Shown here one piece after another: positions 13,001 through 20,000 of a stretch of 20,000 nucleotides of DNA. Location of the stretch: NCBI RefSeq assembly GCF_963921235.1, contig NC_086108.1, positions 118,096,485-118,116,484 on the forward strand, in the 5' to 3' direction. The DNA comes from Mobula hypostoma (taxonomy: Eukaryota). Below the pieces are notes generated by a model that searched no databases, was not told where the DNA came from, and worked only from the letters and a program-made list of their open reading frames with translations. Position numbers and translations under genes: made by a program. Position 1 is the first letter of the stretch; every line of letters begins with the position of its first letter.

Positions 13001-13600
13001 GGGCTTGAGATTCAGGGCATGAGATTCAGGGCATGAGATTCAGGGCAGGATATTCAGGAAAGGAGTTTCAGGGCATGAGATTCAGGGCTGTGGTTTCAGG
13101 GCAGGAGATTCAGGGCAGGAGTTTCAGGGCATGAGATTCAGGGCAGTAGTTTCAGGGCTTGAGATTCAGGGCAGGAGTTTCAGGGCATGAGATTCAGGGC
13201 AGTAGATTCAGGGCTTGAGATTCAGGGCATGAGATTCAGGGCAGGAGATTCAGGGCAGGAGTTTCAGGGCATGAGATTCAGGGCAGGAGATTCAGGACAG
13301 GAGTTTCAGGGCATGAGATTCAGGGCTGTGGTTTCAGGGCAGGAGATTCAGGGCAGGAGTTTCAGGGCTGGAGAATCAGGGCATGAGTTTCAGAGCAGGA
13401 TTTTCAAGGCACGAGATTCAGGGCAGTAGATTCAGGGCTTGAGATTCAGGGCATGAGATTCAGGGCAGGAGTTTCAGGGCATGATATTCAGAGCAGGAGT
13501 TTCAGGGCATGAGATTCAGGGCATGAGATTCAGGGCAGGAGATTCAGGGCATGAGTTTAAGAACAGGAGTTTTAAGGCAGGAGATTCTGGGCAGGAGTTT
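10059..13600 (+). repeat. Second copy of a ~10-kb-period super-repeat, matching ~98-3612
   Basis: Marker pairs at offset 9,961: caggacat 98/10059, gaggattgg/taggactgg 196/10157, ctgtgg 728/10689, cagaac 882/10843, ctgtgg 1596/11557. Marker pairs at offset 10,044: gcgggagata 2283/12327, caggtcat 2409/12453, cagggtag 2829/12873. Confidence 0.82.
12453..13600 (+). repeat. Higher-order variant cassette, copy 4
   Basis: Markers caggtcat (12453), cagggtagtacatt (12873), ctggagaat, catgatatt, aagaacaggagttttaaggc and ctgggc (13587). Confidence 0.9.
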
Positions 13601-13656
13601 CAGGGCATGAGATTCAGGGCATGAGTTTCAGGGCATGAGATTCAGGGCATGAGTTT

Positions 13657-14860
13657 CAGACCAGGAGTTTCAAGGCATGAGATTCAGGGCATTAGTTTCA
13701 GGGCTTGAGATTCAGGGCAGGAATTTCAGGGCATGAGATTCAGGGCATGAGTTTCAGGGCATGAGATTCAGGGCATGAATTTCAGAGCAGGAGTTTCAAG
13801 GCATGAGATTCAGGGCAGGAGTTTCAGGGCTTGAGATTCAGGGCATGAGATTCAGGGCAGGAGATTCAGGACAGGAGTTTCAGGGCATGAGATTCAGGGC
13901 TGTGCTTTCAGGGCAGGAGTTTAAGGGCATGAGAATCAGGGCATGAGTTTCAGAACAGGAGTTTCAAGGCACGAGATTCAGTGCAGTAGTTTCAGGGCTT
14001 GAGATTCAGGGCAGGAGTTTGAGGGCATGAGATTCAGGGTAGTACATTCATGGCTTGAGATTCAGGGCATGAGATTCAGGGCAGCAGATTCAGGAAAGGA
14101 GTTTCATGGCTTGAGATTAAGGGCTGTGGTTTCAGGGCAGGAGATTCAGGGCAGGAGTTTCAGGGCTTGAGATTCGAAGCAGGAGTTTCAGGGCATGAGA
14201 TTCAGGGCAGTAGATTCAGGGCTTGAGATTCAGGGCATGAGATTCAGGGCAGGATATTCAGGAAAGGAGTTTCAGGGCATGAGATTCAGGGCTGTGGTTT
14301 CAGGGCAGGAGATTCAGGGCAGGAGTTTCAGGGCATGAGATTCAGGGCAGGAGTTTCAGGGCATGAGATTCAGGGCAGGAGATTCAGGGCAGGAGTTTCA
14401 GGGCATGAGATTCAGGGCAGGAGATTCAGGACAGGAGTTTCAGGGCATGAGATTCAGGGCAGGAGTTTCAGGGCAGGAGATTCAGGGCAGGAGTTTCAGG
14501 GCAGGAGATTCAGGGCAGGAGTTTCAGGGCATGAGATTCAGGGCAGGAGATTCAGGACAGGAGTTTCAGGGCATGAGATTCAGGGCTGTGGTTTCAGGGC
14601 AGGAGATTCAGGGCAGGAGTTTCAGGGCTTGAGATTCAGGGCATGAGTTTCAGACCAGGAGTTTCAAGGCATGAGATTCAGGGCAGGAGTTTCAGGGCAT
14701 GAGATTCAGGGCAGAAGATTCAGGACAGGAGTTTCAGGGCATGATATTCAGAGCAGGAGTTTCAGGGCATGAGATTCAGGGCATGAGATTCAGGGCGGGA
14801 GATACAGGGCATGAGTTTAAGAACAGGAGTTTTAAGGCAGGAGATTCTGGGCAGGAGTTT
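13657..14860 (+). repeat. Higher-order variant cassette, copy 5
   Basis: Markers cagacc (13657), cagggtagtacatt (14035; 1,162 bp = 83 units after copy 4), cgaagcagg, catgatatt, aagaac...ttttaaggc and ctgggc (14847). Confidence 0.88.
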
Positions 14861-14916
14861 CAGGGCATGAGATTCAGGGCATGAGTTTCAGGGCATGAGA
14901 TTCAGGGCATGAGTTT

Positions 14917-15924
14917 CAGACCAGGGGTTTCAAGGCATGAGATTCAGGGCATTAGTTTCAGGGCTTGAGATTCAGGGCAGGAATTTCAGGGCATGAGATT
15001 CAGGGCATGAGTTTCAGGGCATGAGATTCAGGGCATGAATTTCAGAGCAGGAGTTTCAAGGCATGAGATTCAGGGCAGTAGTTTCAGGGCTTGAGATTCA
15101 GGGCATGAGATTCAGGGCAGGAGATTCAGGACAGGAGTTTCAGGGCATGAGATTCAGGGCTGTGGTTTCAGGGCAGGAGTTTAAGGGCATGAGAATCAGG
15201 GCATGAGTTTCAGAGCAGGAGTTTCAGGGCACGAGATTCAGAGCAGTAGTTTCAGGGCTTGTGATTCAGGGCAGGAGTTTGAGAGCATGAGATTCAAGGT
15301 AGTAAATTCATGGCTTGAGATTCAGGGCATGAGATTCAGGGCAGGAGATTCAGGAAAGGAGTTTCATGGCATGAGATTAAGGGCTGTGGTTTCAGGGCAG
15401 GAGATTCAGGGCAGGAGTTTCAGGGCTTGAGATTCGAAGCCGGAGTTTCAGGGCATGAGATTCAGGGCAGTAGATTCAGGGCTTGAGATTCAGGGCATGA
15501 GATTCAGGGCAGGATATTCAGGAAAGGAGTTTCAGGGCATGAGATTCAGGGCTGTGGTTTCAGGGCAGGAGATTCAGGGCAGGAGTTTAAAGGCATGAGA
15601 TTCAGGGCAGTAGTTTCAGGGCATGAGATTCAGGGCAGTAGATTCAGGGCATGAGATTCAGGGCATGAGATTCAGGGCAGGAGTTTCAGGGCATGAGATT
15701 CAGGGCAGGAGATTCAGGGCAGGAGTTTCAGGGCATGAGATTCAGGGCTGTGGTTTCAGGGCAGGAGATTCAGGGCAGGAGTTTCAGGGCTGGAGAATCA
15801 GGGCATGAGTTTCAGAGCAGGAGTTTCAAGGCACGAGATTCAGGGCAGGGGTTTCAGGGCATGAGATTCAGGGCAGGAGGTTCAGGACAGGAGTTTCAGG
15901 GCATGATATTCAGAGCAGGAGTTT
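14917..15924 (+). repeat. Higher-order variant cassette, copy 6
   Basis: Markers cagaccagggg (14917), variant marker caaggtagtaaatt (15295; 1,260 bp = 90 units after copy 5), cgaagccgg, ctggagaat, caggaggtt and catgatatt. Confidence 0.88.
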
Positions 15925-18192
15925 CAGGGCATGAGATTCAGGGCATGAGTTTCAGGGCACGAGATTCAGGGCAGGAGTTTCAGGGCATGAGATTCAGGGC
16001 ATGAGTTTCAGGGCAGGAGATTCAGGGCAGGAGTTTCAGGGCATGAGATTCAGGGCATGAGTTTCAGGGCATGAGATTCAGGGCATGAGTTTCAGAACAG
16101 GAGTTTCAGGGCATGAGATTCAGGGCAGTAGTTTCAGGGCATGAGATTCAGGGCAGGAGTTTCAGGGCATGAGATTCAGGGCATGAGTTTCAGACCAGGA
16201 GTTTCAAGGCATGAGATTCAGGGCATTAGTTTCAGGGCTTGAGATTCAGGGCAGGAGTTTCAGGGCATGAGATTCAGGGCAGGAGTTTCAGGGCATGAGA
16301 TTCAGGGCATGAGATTCAGGGCAGGAGATTCAGGGCATGAGTTTCAGGGCATGAGATTCAGGGCATGAGTTTCAGGGCAGGAGATTCAGGGCAGGAGTTT
16401 CAGGGCATGAGATTCAGGGCATGAGTTTCAGGGCATGAGATTCAGGGCAGGAGTTTCAGGGCATGAGATTCAGGGCAGGAGTTTCAGGGCTTGAGATTCA
16501 GGGCAGGAGTTTCAGGGCATGAGATTCAGGGCAGGAGATTCAGGGCAGGAGTTTCAGGGCATGAGATTCAGGGCAGGAGTTTCAGGGCATGAGATTCAGG
16601 GCATGAGATTCAGGGCAGGAGATTCAGGGCAGGAGTTTCAGGGCATGAGATTCAGGGCATGAGTTTCAGGGCAGGAGATTCAGGGCAGGAGTTTCAGGGC
16701 ATGAGATTCAGGGCATGAGATTCAGGGCATGAGATTCAGGGCATGAGTTTCAGAACAGGAGTTTCAGGGCATGAGATTCAGGGCAGTAGTTTCAGGGCAT
16801 GAGATTCAGGGCAGGAGTTTCAGGGCATGAGATTCAGGGCATGAGTTTCAGACCAGGAGTTTCAAGGCATGAGATTCAGGGCATTAGTTTCAGGGCTTGA
16901 GATTCAGGGCAGGAGTTTCAGGGCATGAGATTCAGGGCAGGAGTTTCAGGGCATGAGATTCAGGGCATGAGATTCAGGGCAGGAGATTCAGGGCAGGAGT
17001 TTCAGGGCATGAGATTCAGGGCATGAGTTTCAGGGCAGGAGATTCAGGGCAGGAGTTTCAGGGCATGAGATTCAGGGCATGAGTTTCAGGGCATGAGATT
17101 CAGGGCAGTGGTTTCAGGGCAGGAGATTCAGGGCAGGAGTTTCAGGGCTTGAGATTCAGGGCAGGAGTTTCAGGGCATGAGATTCAGGGCAGGAGATTCA
17201 GGGCAGGAGTTTCAGGGCATGAGATTCAGGGCAGGAGTTTCAGGGCATGAGATTCAGGGCATGAGTTTCAGGGCATGAGATTCAGGGCATGAGATTCAGG
17301 GCAGGAGTTTCAGGGCATGAGATTCAGGGCAGTAGTTTCAGGGCTTGAGATTCAGGGCAGGAGTTTCAGGGCATGAGATTCAGGGCATGAGATTCAGGGC
17401 AGGAGTTTCAGGGCAGGAGATTCAGGGCAGGAGTTTCAGGGCATGAGATTCAGGGCAGGAGTTTCAGGGCAGGAGATTCAGGGCAGTAGTTTCAGGGCAT
17501 GAGATTCAGGGCAGGAGTTTCAGGGCATGAGATTCAGGGCAGGAGTTTCAGGGCATGAGATTCAGGGCATGAGTTTCAGGGCAGGAGATTCAGGGCAGGA
17601 GTTTCAGGGCATGAGATTCAGGGCATGAGATTCAGGGCAGGAGATTCAGAGCAGGAGTTTCAAGGCATGAGATTCAGGGCAGTAGTTTCAGGGCTTGAGA
17701 TTCAGGGCAGGAGTTTCAGGGCATGAGATTCAGGGCTTGAGATTCAGGGCAGGAGTTTCAGGGCAGGAGATTCAGAGCAGGAGTTTCAGGGCATGAGATT
17801 CAGGGCAGGAGTTTCAGGGCATGAGATTCAGGGCAGTAGTTTCAGGGCATGAGATTCAGGGCATGAGATTCAGGGCTGTGCTTTCAGGGCAGGAGTTTCA
17901 GGGCATGAGATTCAGGGCATGAGTTTCAGGGCAGGAGTTTCAGGGCATGAGATTCAGGGCAGGAGTTTCAGGGCATGAGATTCAGGGCATGAGATTCAGG
18001 GCAGGAGTTTCAGGGCAGGAGATTCATGGCAGTAGTTTCAGGGCATGAGATTCAGGACAGGAGTTTCAGGGCATGAGATTCAGGGCAGGAGTTTCAGGGC
18101 ATGAGATTCAGGGCATGAGATTCAGGGCAGGAGATTCAGGGCAGGAGTTTCAGGGCATGAGATTCAGGGCATGAGTTTCAGGGCATGAGATT

Positions 18193-19326
18193 CAGGTCAT
18201 GAGTTTCAGACCAGGGGTTTCAAGGCATGAGATTCAGGGCATTAGTTTCAGGGCTTGAGATTCAGGGCAGGAATTTCAGGGCATGAGATTCAGGGCATGA
18301 GTTTCAGGGCATGAGATTCAGGGCATGAATTTCAGAGCAGGAGTTTCAAGGCATGAGATTCAGGGCAGTAGTTTCAGGGCTTGAGATTCCGGGCAGTAGT
18401 TTCAGGGCTTGAGATTCAGGGCATGAGATTCAGGGCAGGAGATTCAGGACAGGAGTTTCAGGGCATGAGATTCAGGGCTGTGGTTTCAGGGCAGGAGTTT
18501 AAGGGCATGAGAATCAGGGCATGAGTTTCAGAGCAGGAGTTTCAAGGCACGAGATTCAGAGCAGTAGTTTCAGGGCTTGTGATTCAGGGCAGGAGTTTGA
18601 GAGCATGAGATTCAGGGTAGTACATTCATGGCTTGAGATTCAGGGCATGAGATTCAGGGCAGGAGATTCAGGAAAGGAGTTTCATGGCATGAGATTAAGG
18701 GCTGTGGTTTCAGGGCAGGAGATTCAGGGCAGGAGTTTCAGGGCTTGAGATTCGAAGCAGGAGTTTCAGGGCATGAGATTCAGGGCAGTAGATTCAGGGC
18801 TTGAGATTCAGGGCATGAGATTCAGGGCATGAGATTCAGGGCAGGATATTCAGGAAAGGAGTTTCAGGGCATGAGATTCTGGGCTGTGGTTTCAGGGCAG
18901 GAGATTCAGGGCAGGAGTTTAAAGGCATGAGATTCAGGGCAGTAGTTTCAGGGCTTGAGATTCAGGGCAGGAGTTTCAGGGCATGAGATTCAGGGCAGTA
19001 GATTCAGGGCTTGAGATTCAGGGCATGAGATTCAGGGCAGGAGATTCAGGACAGGAGTTTCAGGGCATGAGATTCAGGGCTGTGGTTTCAGGGCAGGAGA
19101 TTCAGGGCAAGAGTTTCAGCGCTGGAGAATCAGGGCATGAGTTTCAGAGCAGGATTTTCAAGGCACGAGATTCAGGGCAGGGGTTTCAGGGCATGAGATT
19201 CAGGGCAGGAGGTTCAGGACAGGAGTTTCAGGGCATGATATTCAGAGCAGGAGTTTCAGGGCATGAGATTCAGGGCATGAGATTCAGGGCAGGAGATTCA
19301 GGGCATGAGTTTCAGAACAGGAGTTT
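18193..19326 (+). repeat. Higher-order variant cassette, copy 7
   Basis: Markers caggtcat (18193), cagggtagtacatt (18613; 3,318 bp = 237 units after copy 6), cgaagcagg, caagagttt-cagcgctggagaat (19103), caggaggtt and catgatatt. Confidence 0.9.
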
Positions 19327-20000
19327 CAAGGCATGAGATTCAGGGCAGGAGTTTCAGGGCATGAGATTCAGGGCATGAGTTTCAGGGCATGAGATTCAGG
19401 GCATGAGTTTCAGACCAGGAGTTTCAAGGCATGAGATTCAGGGCATTAGTTTCAGGGCTTGAGATTCAGGGCAGGAGTTTCAGGGCATGAGATTCAGGGC
19501 ATGAGTTTCAGGGCATGAGATTCAGGGCATGAGATTCAGAGCAGGAGTTTCAGGGCATGAGATTCAGGGCTGTAGTTTCAGGGCAGGAGATTCAGGGCAG
19601 GAGTTTCAGGGCATGAGATTCAGGGCATGAGATTCAGGGCAGGAGTTTCAGGGCAGGAGATTCAGGGCAGGAGTTTCAGGGCATGAGATTCAGGGCAGGA
19701 GTTTCAGGGCAGGAGTTTCAGGGCATGAGATTCAGGGCAGGAGTTTCAGGGCATGAGATTCAGGGCATGAGTTTCAGGGCAGGAGATTCAGGGCAGGAGT
19801 TTCAGGGCATGAGATTCAGGGCATGAGTTTCAGGGCAGGAGATTCAGGGCAGGAGTTTCAGGGCATGAGATTCAGGGCAGGAGTTTCAGGGCATGAGATT
19901 CAGGGCATGAGTTTCAGGGCAGGAGTTTCAGGGCATGAGATTCAGGGCAGTAGTTTCAGGGCTTGAGATTCAGGGCAGGAGTTTCAGGGCATGAGATTCA

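Larger units (their letters stand above)
1..20000 (+). repeat. Tandem array of a 14-bp unit, consensus CAGGGCA(G/T)GAG(A/T)TT, ~1,428 copies; satellite/minisatellite extending beyond both window edges
   Basis: Read directly: units start at 14, 28, 42 ... and continue to 19985/19999 with no unique sequence, spacer or inversion. The four main variants are CAGGGCAGGAGTTT, CAGGGCAGGAGATT, CAGGGCATGAGATT and CAGGGCATGAGTTT. Confidence 0.99.

Noticed and set aside
118..19336. All ORFs in the track (61-145 aa; MRFRAGVSGQEIQG-like 14-aa repeats)
   Set aside because: These are arithmetic consequences of a 14-bp unit: three units give 14 codons, so all three + frames yield the same peptide. ATG and TGA both come from CATGAG. 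The ORFs overlap in different frames and have no unique N-/C-terminal domain, RBS or promoter context.
1..20000. CRISPR array or repeat-spacer system
   Set aside because: There are no unique spacers, leader or cas genes. Units abut directly, are only 14 bp and are non-palindromic.
1..20000. Transcription-factor site array (p53 half-site GGGCATG/GGGCTTG, NF-kB-like GGAGTTTC, AP-2 half-site TCAGGGCA)
   Set aside because: Only partial matches: p53 needs RRRCWWGYYY but the array has AGA/AGT at YYY, NF-kB needs GGGRNNYYCC, and AP-2 needs a palindrome. Short half-matches are expected by chance.
1..20000. Telomerase-synthesised telomere tract
   Set aside because: Ordered rare variants are inherited across kb-scale and 10-kb duplications, which fits recombinational amplification rather than de novo template copying. 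No chromosome end is visible in the window.
1..20000. Synthetic DNA data-storage or deliberately encoded message in the four-state code
   Set aside because: Nested duplications, shared point variants and biased neighbour frequencies look like natural tandem-repeat evolution. There are no adapters, indices or delimiters.
1..20000. Immunoglobulin switch region or named satellite family / organism assignment
   Set aside because: It lacks the GAGCT/GGGGT pentamers and AGCT hotspots of switch repeats. I do not recognise the unit as a named family and cannot run a database search.

Overview
The whole 20 kb window is one uninterrupted tandem array (satellite/minisatellite-like) of a 14-bp unit, consensus CAGGGCA(G/T)GAG(A/T)TT. 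There are about 1,428 copies, all head-to-tail and G/purine-rich on the + strand, and the array runs off both ends of the window. I can support no genes, RNA genes, CRISPR spacers or transposons. All listed ORFs are by-products of translating a 14-bp repeat (14-aa periodicity, TGA supplied by the CATGAG variant). The information is in the order of unit variants: (i) two dimorphic positions giving a four-state code with a preferred 28-bp dimer; (ii) a ~1.1-1.5 kb higher-order cassette of rare variants, present in six near-complete copies plus one partial copy; (iii) a ~10 kb super-repeat (offset 9,961-10,045); (iv) a ~3.7 kb domain almost free of rare variants; (v) very strict 14-bp phase, with only eight length-variant units found, all in the first 9.9 kb. 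The organism cannot be identified from the sequence; eukaryotic tandem DNA is the most likely origin. I found no convincing novel protein-coding system.
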